From contig OY760183.1 of assembly GCA_963663275.1 (NCBI GenBank), forward strand, positions 1,120,001-1,184,000: a stretch of 64,000 bases of DNA, in the 5' to 3' direction. Position 1 is the first letter of the stretch; every line of letters starts with the position of its first letter. Below, piece by piece: positions 1 to 7,844 of this stretch. The position numbers and the translations under genes are program-made. The notes under the pieces are model-generated. The model was given only the letters and a program-made list of their open reading frames with translations. It did no database searches and was not told the DNA's origin. This DNA is from Chloroflexota bacterium (GTDB taxonomy: Bacteria > Chloroflexota > UBA11872 > VXOZ01).

Positions 1-290
1 AACGCCGCGTCCTTCAGCACTTCCGATATGGCGATGGTCTGGTTGCCGGAGGCGTCGGGCATGAGCAGGGTAAGCGGTACCGTGACGTCGACGGTGGGGG
101 TAGCTTGGGCGGTTTCCATCGCATCTGAATCATCATCGTCGGACCGGAAAGGCCCACACCCGGCAACGGCGACAAAAGCGCCAAAGCCAACCGCGGCAAC
201 CACGGGCGCGGCCAGCAGCAGTTTGCGTCGCGTCACGGTGTTGCGAGGACGGCGCCGGTCGGTTGCGGCGTCGCTCGACCCATCCGTCAT
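1..290 (-). CDS. N-terminal part of a Tat-exported lipoprotein, probably a solute-binding protein (runs off the window edge)
   Basis: Manual translation MTDGSSDAATDRRRPRNTVTRRKLLLAAPVVAAVGFGAFVAVAGCGPF...: twin-Arg motif, hydrophobic stretch, lipobox VAGC; GGAGG RBS just upstream. Not in the ORF track because no stop lies in the window. Confidence 0.7.
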   Translation of the reverse strand, partial: MTDGSSDAATDRRRPRNTVTRRKLLLAAPVVAAVGFGAFVAVAGCGPFRSDDDDSDAMETAQATPTVDVTVPLTLLMPDASGNQTIAISEVLKDAA

Positions 291-684
291 GGGCAATTCC
301 TCCAATTAGCCCAGGTCTCTAGCGGTCGGCGCGGTTTCGTCTCAGCGCGCGCGGCGCGCACACGAAAAAGCAGCCCCCACGCGCCGCTTGCGCACGCCGG
401 TGCGCTTGCTTTCGTGTCAGGCTGCGCTGTCTCACGCTCTTGCTCCACCCACAGGCCAGTTCACACTCTCTAGTATGCGGGAGAAAGCTGGGAATCTCCT
501 GAGATTCTGCGGTAGATGTAGTAGGATTTTCAGCCGATTCCCCAGGGCTGCCGGCGGGGCTGCGCGTGCCGCCGCCCGGCTACGAACCGCACACGCCGGC
601 GCGTTGGCCAAGACGGAGCGGCGGCGCGCCTCTTCTCGTATTCTATCATGCAGGCAACAGCCGGTGTAGGCGCGGCGCCGGCGG

Positions 685-1947
685 TCAGACCTCGCGGGCG
701 GCGATGTCCGTGCGGCAGTAAGCGTCCTGAAACGCGATGCGCGCGAGGTTGTCGTAGGCGCGGGCGCGGGCGGCCGGCACGTTGGCGGCCTGGCCTACCG
801 TCATCAGCACCCGGCCGCCGGCGGTGACCACCGTGTCGTCCGCCAAGGCGGTCCCGGCGTGAAAGAGCAGCGCGTCGTCATCCAACGTATCCAGTCCCGC
901 TATGGGATGGCCGGTGGTATAGGAACCGGGATACCCGCCGGAGGCAAGCACTACGCCGCAGGTGGCCGCCGGGTCCCAGGTAACGTCGGCTTCCGCCAAA
1001 CGTCCATCCACCGCGGCCTGAAACACTGCCACCAGGTCCGCCTGCAAGCGCGGCAGGATTAGCTGCGCCTCCGGGTCGCCAAAGCGCGCGTTGAACTCCA
1101 CGATGCGCGGGCCGTCGTGGGTGAGCATCAGTTGGCCGTAGAGCACGCCTGCGTACGGATGCCCTTCCCGGGCCATGAGCGTGATCGTCCGCTCCATGAC
1201 TTCGTGGTGGATGTAGTCCAGGGTTTCCGGGTCTACGAACGGGGCCGGGGAGTAGCCGCCCATGCCGCCGGTGTTAGGCCCGGCGTCGCCGTCGTAGGCG
1301 CGCTTGTAGTCGCAGGCGGTAACCAGCGGCGTGATATTCGTGCCGTCCGCGAAGGCGAAAACCGAAATCTCGACGCCGCGCAAGCACTCCTCGATCACGA
1401 TCCGGTCGCCGGATTCGCCAAAGGCGCGGTCTGCCATGATGGCGTCCAACGCCCGCAGCGCCTCTTCACGGGAGTCGCAGACGAACACGCCCTTGCCGGC
1501 GGTCAGGCCGTCGGGCTTGAGCACGATGCTCTTGCACCGCGCTTGCTCGACGTAGGCCGCCGCCGCGTCCCGCTCGTTGAAAGCCGCAAAGTTGGCCGTG
1601 GGCAGGCCATGCCGTTGCATGAACTCCTTGGCCCAGATCTTGCTCCACTCCAGTTTCGCCGCGGCTTGCGTGGGGCCGAAGGCGGCCTGCCCGCAGGCCT
1701 GCAAGGCGTCCACCGCGCCGAGCGCCAGGGGATCGTCCTGCGCCACCACCGTGAGGTCGATGCCGTTTTCCCGCACCCAGGCGACCAGAGAGTCAACGTC
1801 GGTCGCCTCGATGGGCACGTTCTCCGCCAGGGCGGCCGTGCCGGCGTTGCCCGGCGCGGCGAAGAGCGTCGGCGCAAGCGGACTCTGCGCGCACTTCCAC
1901 GCGATTGCGTGCTCCCGTCCGCCGCCGCCGACAATCAGGATGCGCAT
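685..1947 (-). CDS. purD: Phosphoribosylamine-glycine ligase
   Basis: MRILIVGGGGREHAIAW, APGNAG, KPDGLTAGKGV, GPNTGGMG and EFNARFGDPE motifs; 420 aa. Confidence 0.97.
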   Translation of the reverse strand: MRILIVGGGGREHAIAWKCAQSPLAPTLFAAPGNAGTAALAENVPIEATDVDSLVAWVRENGIDLTVVAQDDPLALGAVDALQACGQAAFGPTQAAAKLEWSKIWAKEFMQRHGLPTANFAAFNERDAAAAYVEQARCKSIVLKPDGLTAGKGVFVCDSREEALRALDAIMADRAFGESGDRIVIEECLRGVEISVFAFADGTNITPLVTACDYKRAYDGDAGPNTGGMGGYSPAPFVDPETLDYIHHEVMERTITLMAREGHPYAGVLYGQLMLTHDGPRIVEFNARFGDPEAQLILPRLQADLVAVFQAAVDGRLAEADVTWDPAATCGVVLASGGYPGSYTTGHPIAGLDTLDDDALLFHAGTALADDTVVTAGGRVLMTVGQAANVPAARARAYDNLARIAFQDAYCRTDIAAREV

Positions 1948-1954
1948 TAGCCGT

Positions 1955-2338
1955 CTACTCCAGCGATAGCAGTCCCGCGCGAAAGTCGATAGTCAAGCGC
2001 CTACCACGGAGGAAGTCCAAGCCCAACACGCCGTCAAAGCCTGCGCCTGGCGGCAGGGTGTGGCAAAGAATAGCAAGGTCGGTCACTACCTTACCCAACG
2101 CACAGAGCTTGTCGATCCGTATCTCGAAAACAGACTCTTTGCCGCTTGCCGTTGTAATCTCTACCGGCTTCTCTGTCGTGTCCGTTTCGCAGCCTACGTA
2201 CTGGAGGGCCTGTTCGCTGATTACTGTGGTAGTGGCGCCGGTGTCGAGCGCAAGATGGACGTTCACTTCTTTCAGCGGCCCGTGCAACGTGGCTGGAACG
2301 ACGATCAATCTGCCGTATGGGTTAAACGGGTAGCGCAT
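1955..2338 (-). CDS. Retropepsin-like (clan AA) aspartic protease, unit 3
   Basis: LALDTGA catalytic motif, flap-like ITTASG, C-terminal DGVLGLDFL; 127 aa single domain. Confidence 0.88.
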   Translation of the reverse strand: MRYPFNPYGRLIVVPATLHGPLKEVNVHLALDTGATTTVISEQALQYVGCETDTTEKPVEITTASGKESVFEIRIDKLCALGKVVTDLAILCHTLPPGAGFDGVLGLDFLRGRRLTIDFRAGLLSLE

Positions 2339-2339
2339 C

Positions 2340-2576
2340 TTACAGAAGATAGTTCACGTCTGCGGGGAGCGCGCCCATGTAGAGTATTGCTACTCGCTTC
2401 AGATCTCGCCTCGTCGCTTCGCGGTATACTTCATCTTGGCTCTTGCTGTGGTAGAGTACGACGCCGCGTATCACCTCTTGCAGCGCGCTGAGTTCCGGTT
2501 CGTCAATCAGCACCCACTCGCCGTCGTACACCGCTTCCATTTCGGCGTAGGTCATTTTGGCTTCTTGCACTTTCAT
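2340..2576 (-). CDS. Small acidic protein (DUF5678-like), partner of the downstream protease, unit 3
   Basis: MTYAEMEAVYDGEWVLI...GVVLYHS pattern; start MKVQEAK chosen by alignment to the two paralogs and an AGGAG RBS; 1 bp from the protease ATG. Confidence 0.75.
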   Translation of the reverse strand: MKVQEAKMTYAEMEAVYDGEWVLIDEPELSALQEVIRGVVLYHSKSQDEVYREATRRDLKRVAILYMGALPADVNYLL

Positions 2577-2629
2577 GTCATTCTCCTCTCCCGGCATTCT
2601 CCCACATCTCAGCATGTCGCCTTCGACAC

Positions 2630-2754
2630 TTCCCCTACAACAGTCTCTTCTGCTCCAGTGCCCACTGCTAGAGCGGCGGTCTCGCTTCTCTTGGGCAATT
2701 GAGCCCCATCGGATGGACAATCAGGTTGCGGCTTAGGTCAAACGGGACCCTCAT
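2630..2754 (-). pseudogene. Decayed retropepsin-like protease, unit 2
   Basis: ATG overlaps the stop of 2751..3002 (ATGA); reads MRVPFDLSRNLIV (cf. MSVRFDPRGYLII) and, in a shifted frame, LAVGTGAEETVVGE (cf. LALDTGATRTVVSRE); catalytic D replaced, frameshifted, truncated. Confidence 0.72.
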
Positions 2755-3002
2755 ATCAAGAATTCGACATCTTCCGGTCCCTTACCAAAGTAGTGCACGG
2801 CGATTTCAAAGGGCGCGCGGCCCTCCCGTTGCAATTGCCACAGCGCCTCATAGACGGCGACCCGGTCCTCATCGTGGGCGAGCACGACGCCGCGTACTAT
2901 CTCATTCATCGGCGTAAGATCCGGCTCGCCAACCAGCACCCACTCGCCGTCGTACGCCGCTTCTATCTCGGCGTAGGTCATCACCGGCGTTTGCGTCTTC
3001 AT
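2751..3002 (-). CDS. Small acidic protein (DUF5678-like), unit 2
   Basis: Nearly identical to 3514..3765 over the first ~62 aa, divergent C-terminus; GGAG RBS. Confidence 0.78.
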   Translation of the reverse strand: MKTQTPVMTYAEIEAAYDGEWVLVGEPDLTPMNEIVRGVVLAHDEDRVAVYEALWQLQREGRAPFEIAVHYFGKGPEDVEFLI

Positions 3003-3133
3003 CGCAATCTCGCTCCTTGAGTCCTTGCCTCATGCGGGCACCAGACCGGCGTTTCCCTGCGCGCCCGACACTTCCAAGTATACCCAATCGCGCGCGCCGT
3101 CAGCCCACACCGCTAGCCGGGCGCATTAGCCGT

Positions 3134-3517
3134 CTAGTCCAGTTCCAGCAGACCCGCGCGAAAGTCGATTGTCAAGCGTCTACCACGGAGGAAGTCCAAG
3201 CCCAACACGCCGTCTACCGCGGCCCGCGACGGCAGCGTGTGGCAGAGAACGCGCAGGTTAGTGGCTTCTTTCCCCAGCGCCTCGATCTTTTCTACCGTCA
3301 TCATGGGAACAGTCAACGCGCCGCCGCCTGTGAGGATTTGCGCTCCTTCTCCCGGTGTAGAAAGGCTATACCCAAGCGATAGCGCGATCTCTCTGCTCAC
3401 TACGGTTCGCGTGGCGCCGGTGTCGAGCGCTAGCCGGGCGGTTTTAGTACTGTTGCGTCGGTAAAGCCGGGCCGGAATGATAATCAGGTAACCGCGTGGA
3501 TCGAACCGGACGCTCAT
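3134..3517 (-). CDS. Retropepsin-like (clan AA) aspartic protease, unit 1
   Basis: LALDTGA motif, ILTGGG flap, DGVLGLDFLRGRRLTIDF; ATGA overlap with the upstream gene. Confidence 0.88.
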   Translation of the reverse strand: MSVRFDPRGYLIIIPARLYRRNSTKTARLALDTGATRTVVSREIALSLGYSLSTPGEGAQILTGGGALTVPMMTVEKIEALGKEATNLRVLCHTLPSRAAVDGVLGLDFLRGRRLTIDFRAGLLELD

Positions 3518-3765
3518 ATTAGTATTTCAACGTCATCCGAAACCTCACCAAAGTACCACACAGCGACATGGTTGGGTTCGCGGCCCTCCCGTTGCAATTG
3601 CCACAGCGCCTCATAGACGGCGACCCGGTCTTCATCGTGGGCGAGCACGACGCCGCGTACTATCTCATTCATCGGCGTAAGATCCGGTTCGCCAACCAGC
3701 ACCCACTCGCCGTCGTACGCCGCTTCCATCTCGGCGTAGGTCATCACCGTCGTTTGTGTCTTCAT
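3514..3765 (-). CDS. Small acidic protein (DUF5678-like), unit 1
   Basis: YDGEWVLV...GVVLAHDED pattern, AGGAG RBS, coupled to the protease. Confidence 0.78.
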   Translation of the reverse strand: MKTQTTVMTYAEMEAAYDGEWVLVGEPDLTPMNEIVRGVVLAHDEDRVAVYEALWQLQREGREPNHVAVWYFGEVSDDVEILI

Positions 3766-3998
3766 GGTTATTTCGCTCCTCTTGTCCTGCTTATAGATGA
3801 TAGCAGACAGCCCGCGCCTTGCGTGCCGGTGCCGCGCTCAGGTTCCCGCCAGCGCGCCCACTCTCGCCGCTGTCTCCGGGTGGGCCGCCCTGCTATACTG
3901 GCCGCAAAGGAAAGCCGAGCAGGCGCGGCGTCCCGGCCCACAGTCCGCAACACGGCCGCGGGTCTTCGCGCCGCACATCAAACATGAGGAGGCAATCC

Positions 3999-5039
3999 AT
4001 GCGCAGCGTGCACAGAGCGCGCGTACTCCTGGCGGCGCTCGTGGCCGTCGTTATCGCCGTGGGCTGTATGCAAGCGCCGCCGCGAGAGCAGGAAGAAGCC
4101 GCGCCGCAGCCGGAGACCATCATCTTCAACGACCTGTCGTGGGATAGCGCCCGCGTGCAGAACCGCATCGCGCAGTTCATCGTGGAAAAAGGCTACGGCT
4201 ACGCCACCGGCGTGGTTGCCGGACCCTCAGTGCCGCTGATGGAAGGCCTCAGGCGGGGCGAAAGCCACGTGACCATGGAAGTCTGGCTGCCCAATCAGAG
4301 CGAGGCCTGGGGAGCGGCGGAGGCCGCCGGCGAAGTGGTCGCGTTGGGTGAGACTCTGAACGGCATCGAGCAAGCCGCGTTCATGATACCGGCGTATCTT
4401 CAGGATGCGTATCCCGAACTCGACAGCGTTGAAGACCTGAAGGAAGAGCAGTACCAAAAGCTGTTCGCCACCGCCGAGAGCGACGGCAAGATTCGCTTTC
4501 TTTCGTGCCCGGCCGGCTGGGGCTGCGAGGCCGTGAACGCCGCCAAAGTGGCGGGCTACGGTCTTGCCGATCACGTGCAGATCGTCGTGCCGGAGTCCGA
4601 CAAGGCGTTGAACGACGACGCATTTGCCCGCTATGCGGCGGGTGAGCCGTGGATTGGCTACCTCTCCGGCGAAATGCCCGCCGCGCTCAAGCTGGACATG
4701 GTGGCGCTGCAAGAGCCGCCCTACAGCGACGAGTGCTGGGCCTCCACCAAGGCCTGCGCGTATGAGGATACGAAAGTTGTGATTGGGGTGCGCGCCGAAC
4801 TGCTCGCCAACGCGCCCGAGGTGGCGGCCATGCTGCAAAACTGGGACATGAGCATCGAGCGCTACCGGGTCATCGGGGCCTGGCAGGTCGATAACGGGGC
4901 CGGCCCGGCGGACGCCGCGCTGTGGTGGCTGCAAAACAACGCGGATACCTGGAGCCGGTGGGTAACGCCGGAGGCGGCCGCCGCCGTCCAGGCCGCGCTG
5001 GACGCCGGTGAAATCCCCGACGGCTGGCCGGCGGAATAG
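3999..5039 (+). CDS. Glycine betaine/proline ABC transporter substrate-binding lipoprotein (ProX/OpuAC-like)
   Basis: Lipobox IAVGC, DLSWDS, MEVWLPNQ and CPAGWGCE motifs; GAGGAGG RBS before ATG 3999. Confidence 0.85.
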   Translation: MRSVHRARVLLAALVAVVIAVGCMQAPPREQEEAAPQPETIIFNDLSWDSARVQNRIAQFIVEKGYGYATGVVAGPSVPLMEGLRRGESHVTMEVWLPNQSEAWGAAEAAGEVVALGETLNGIEQAAFMIPAYLQDAYPELDSVEDLKEEQYQKLFATAESDGKIRFLSCPAGWGCEAVNAAKVAGYGLADHVQIVVPESDKALNDDAFARYAAGEPWIGYLSGEMPAALKLDMVALQEPPYSDECWASTKACAYEDTKVVIGVRAELLANAPEVAAMLQNWDMSIERYRVIGAWQVDNGAGPADAALWWLQNNADTWSRWVTPEAAAAVQAALDAGEIPDGWPAE

Positions 5040-5170
5040 CGCGGCAGGTGAAGACGCTCTCCGCCCGGGTGTTCCGGCTGCGGTAGCTTTCCAGGCGGAT
5101 CTCGAATTGCATCATGGCCGCCGCGCGGCGCCGTGGTCGGACGTCCATCGCCGCGCGCGGCCGGCGGGTG

Positions 5171-5200
5171 TTGACACTATAGCGGCCAAATCGCTATAAC
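5171..5200 (+). promoter_or_regulatory. Sigma70-type promoter with overlapping palindromic operator
   Basis: TTGACA-18 nt-TATAAC; inverted repeat TATAGCG-N7-CGCTATA (5178..5198) spans the spacer and -10. Confidence 0.6.
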
Positions 5201-5244
5201 TAGGCGTAGAGTGCCGTTCGGCGTAGCACAGGAAGGATGTCGTC

Positions 5245-6636
5245 ATGAACAAGGATACCGTGGCCTTGGAGCGCGTCACCCGACGCGGGTTCATGCTGGG
5301 AGCGAGCGCGGTCGGCGCGGGCGCGCTGCTGGCCGCCTGCGGACAGCCCGCGCCGGCCATGGATGAGCCGGAAGCGGCGCCGGAGCAGGAGGCGGAGGCT
5401 AAGGCGGAAGCCGCGGTGCCCAGCGGCCCCCAGGGCGAGGCGCTCTACTGGCACCGGGGCTTCTTCGATTTCGAGCCGTGGGCCAAGGAGTTTGCCGAAC
5501 TCAATCCCGGCCTGACCATGAACGCCGTGGGTGAAGCCGACCGCCTGAACAAATTCGTCGCGGCGGTAGCGGCGGGCAGCCCGCCGGACGCCGTGGACGT
5601 GGGCGACTGGCAGACGGTTGAGCTTGGCGTCACCGACATTTCCCAGCCCCTGAACAACTACTACAAGGCTTCCGGCGTGCTGAACCTCGCCGAGTTCTGG
5701 CCCAGCGTGCTCAGCTACCTCACCGACGCGCCCACGGGGAACATGTACGGCGCGCCCTACGCGCCGGACCTGCGCGTGATGTACATCCATGGGGACACGT
5801 ATCTGGAAGTGGGCCTTGATCCCGAGAACCCGCCGACGAGTTGGGCCGGTTTCGATACCGCCATCATCCAGACCACCAAGTTCGACGGCGAGACCTTGGT
5901 GCGCGCCGGGTGCCCGCCTTTCTGGGGCAGCGGCGGCACCGGCCTGTGGCTGCTCCTGCTCTGGCAGTTGGGCGGCGACGTGATGGCCGACGACTGGTCC
6001 GCCGTTACCATCAACAGCCCCGAAGCCGTCCGCGCGCTGGACTGGCTGAAGAACATCCACGAAGTGCAAGGCGGCTGGGACGCAATCGCCCAACTGCGCG
6101 GCGACGGCCTGCACCGCAACAGCCACCTGGCCGAGGCGCGCGCGGTGCACTACTACGCCACCTTTGCCGAGCGCGGCCAGTGGTTCAAGGAGAACGCGCC
6201 GGACCTGAACTTCGGCTTTACGCCGTGGCCCAAGCCGGAAGGCGGCAAGGACGCCAACCTGGGCGGCAACCACACCGCCACGTTCGCCGTGAACGCGCCC
6301 AATCCGGACGCGATGTTCGCGTGGTTCGAGTACTTCTTGAGCGCGGATACAAACCTGCGTTTTGCCAAGCAGTACGACCGCGTGCCGGTGCGCGAGGCTA
6401 CCACCTCCTCACCGGATTACACGGAGAACGATCCGTTCCGCGAACTGATCGCCCAGCAAATGCCGTTCCGCCACTTCTACTACTCCGGTCCGGGCGCCAC
6501 GGAAGCGCGCAGCCACGCCGTGGGCTTCGTGCCGGACGTGATGGCGGGTAACATCACCGCGCCGGAGGCGCTGGAAGCCGCTGAGAAGGGCATCACCGAA
6601 CTGCTGGCAAGCTGGAACGAACGGCTGGGCCGGTAG
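5245..6636 (+). CDS. Extracellular solute-binding protein (family 1, carbohydrate-type), Tat lipoprotein
   Basis: TRRGFM twin-Arg, LAAC lipobox, AAGSPPD, GLDPENPPTSW and TINSPEA motifs. Confidence 0.88.
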   Translation: MNKDTVALERVTRRGFMLGASAVGAGALLAACGQPAPAMDEPEAAPEQEAEAKAEAAVPSGPQGEALYWHRGFFDFEPWAKEFAELNPGLTMNAVGEADRLNKFVAAVAAGSPPDAVDVGDWQTVELGVTDISQPLNNYYKASGVLNLAEFWPSVLSYLTDAPTGNMYGAPYAPDLRVMYIHGDTYLEVGLDPENPPTSWAGFDTAIIQTTKFDGETLVRAGCPPFWGSGGTGLWLLLLWQLGGDVMADDWSAVTINSPEAVRALDWLKNIHEVQGGWDAIAQLRGDGLHRNSHLAEARAVHYYATFAERGQWFKENAPDLNFGFTPWPKPEGGKDANLGGNHTATFAVNAPNPDAMFAWFEYFLSADTNLRFAKQYDRVPVREATTSSPDYTENDPFRELIAQQMPFRHFYYSGPGATEARSHAVGFVPDVMAGNITAPEALEAAEKGITELLASWNERLGR

Positions 6637-6698
6637 CAACCGGACCTGAGGCTCGTTCGCAGCCAAGGCTTGAGGCGCGTGCCGCATGACAACGCGAT

Positions 6699-6741
6699 AG
6701 CAGAGAGTGGAGCAACCCCTGGGGTTGCTCCACTCTCTGCT
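6699..6741. terminator. Perfect ~20-bp hairpin between convergent genes (probable bidirectional terminator)
   Basis: AGCAGAGAGTGGAGCAACCC-CTG-GGGTTGCTCCACTCTCTGCT. Confidence 0.6.
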
Positions 6742-6763
6742 TAAACGACACTCGTTTTGCGCT

Positions 6764-7180
6764 TCAAGAGAACGATACGCAAGCGGCGCCCACCGTGCGG
6801 AGCACCGTCTCCTGGCTGAAGCGGGACTCGTATTCCTGCGCAATTTCGTCGGTGAGGCGCATCCCTTCCTCGCCGGGCGAGGTCAGGATGATGAGCATTT
6901 TGGTGCGCTCGCGCTGCACGACGCCCGCGGAGTCCCGCCACTGGCCGGCGCCGTCAACCACGGTCAATCCATCGGGAAACCTGGGCGTGACCGTATCCGC
7001 CAGGAAAGCGGCCCAGGCTTCATCGCTCACCACCTCAACGCCGGCGCTGCTGCGCCCAAAGTAGAGCCGGTATTCGGTAAAGGCGTCCGTGCCCTCCGGG
7101 CAGGTGGACACCGGGTACGCGCCGCAGCCGGCGAGCAGGAAGACGGCAATCAACAGGAGGGCGGATTGCAATGTACGCAC
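6764..7180 (-). CDS. DUF3574-like lipoprotein
   Basis: LAGC lipobox; YRLYFG, VTPRFPDGLTVVDGAGQW and FSQETV motifs. Confidence 0.8.
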   Translation of the reverse strand: MRTLQSALLLIAVFLLAGCGAYPVSTCPEGTDAFTEYRLYFGRSSAGVEVVSDEAWAAFLADTVTPRFPDGLTVVDGAGQWRDSAGVVQRERTKMLIILTSPGEEGMRLTDEIAQEYESRFSQETVLRTVGAACVSFS

Positions 7181-7399
7181 GGGGATTACTCCAGTTCATT
7201 CGGTGCTTGTTCAGCCTACACTCGCGTACAATCGCCGTTCACGCGGCGGGTTCAGACGCGCATAGCGCCCCGGCGCGCGAGTGCGTGGTTCACGAGTAGC
7301 GCATTCTGTATGCGTGTGACCGCGAGCGGGCGTGCGCATCGCGGCGGCACACGTTGCCTTGCACGTTACGATGATTCTCAGCCGCTACCATGAGAATAG

Positions 7400-7620
7400 C
7401 TGATGTAGGCGGTTTCGCTCCGGTAGGTGAAAATCTGCATCCTGCGCCTGTTGTCTCCGGTAGCGTAGGTTTGCAACCTGCGCCTGCCGTCGTCATGCCA
7501 ACGCAAACGGGAATCCGGAGGCGGGGGACAAGCCCCCGCGCTACGATAACGCCACACCCTTGGAGACTAGCCCTCGCGCTACGATAGCGCGATACCCTTA
7601 GGGACAAGCCCCCGCGCTAC
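7400..7620. repeat. Cluster of REP-like palindromes
   Basis: GCGGGGGACAAGCCCCCGCGCTAC (7521, partial ~7600) and CCGGTAGCGTAGGTTTGCAACCTGCGCC (~7457). Confidence 0.8.
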
Positions 7621-7844
7621 GATTGCATCCACAGGCGCGGGCTCGATGTAGGAGGCCCAGGGTGACTGCTGCGGACAGTATACCGCACGCGGGCGCGGTT
7701 GGTTAGGCTATAATGGCGTCGGCAGGATGGCGGGGTAGCGAGGTAGCCGCGTCGTCGCTTTGGCAGCGGCGCGCGAAATCGGCAACCATCGGAGCCGCCT
7801 TTGCCGGCGGGAGAGCGATTCCACCTGAGAGGGACTTGGCGACA

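Noticed and set aside
1955-3765. Retroviral-style gag-pro frameshift fusion or retroelement
   Set aside because: Units 1 and 3 have different frame offsets (ATGA overlap versus 1-bp gap), each protease has its own ATG, and no reverse transcriptase or integrase is nearby.
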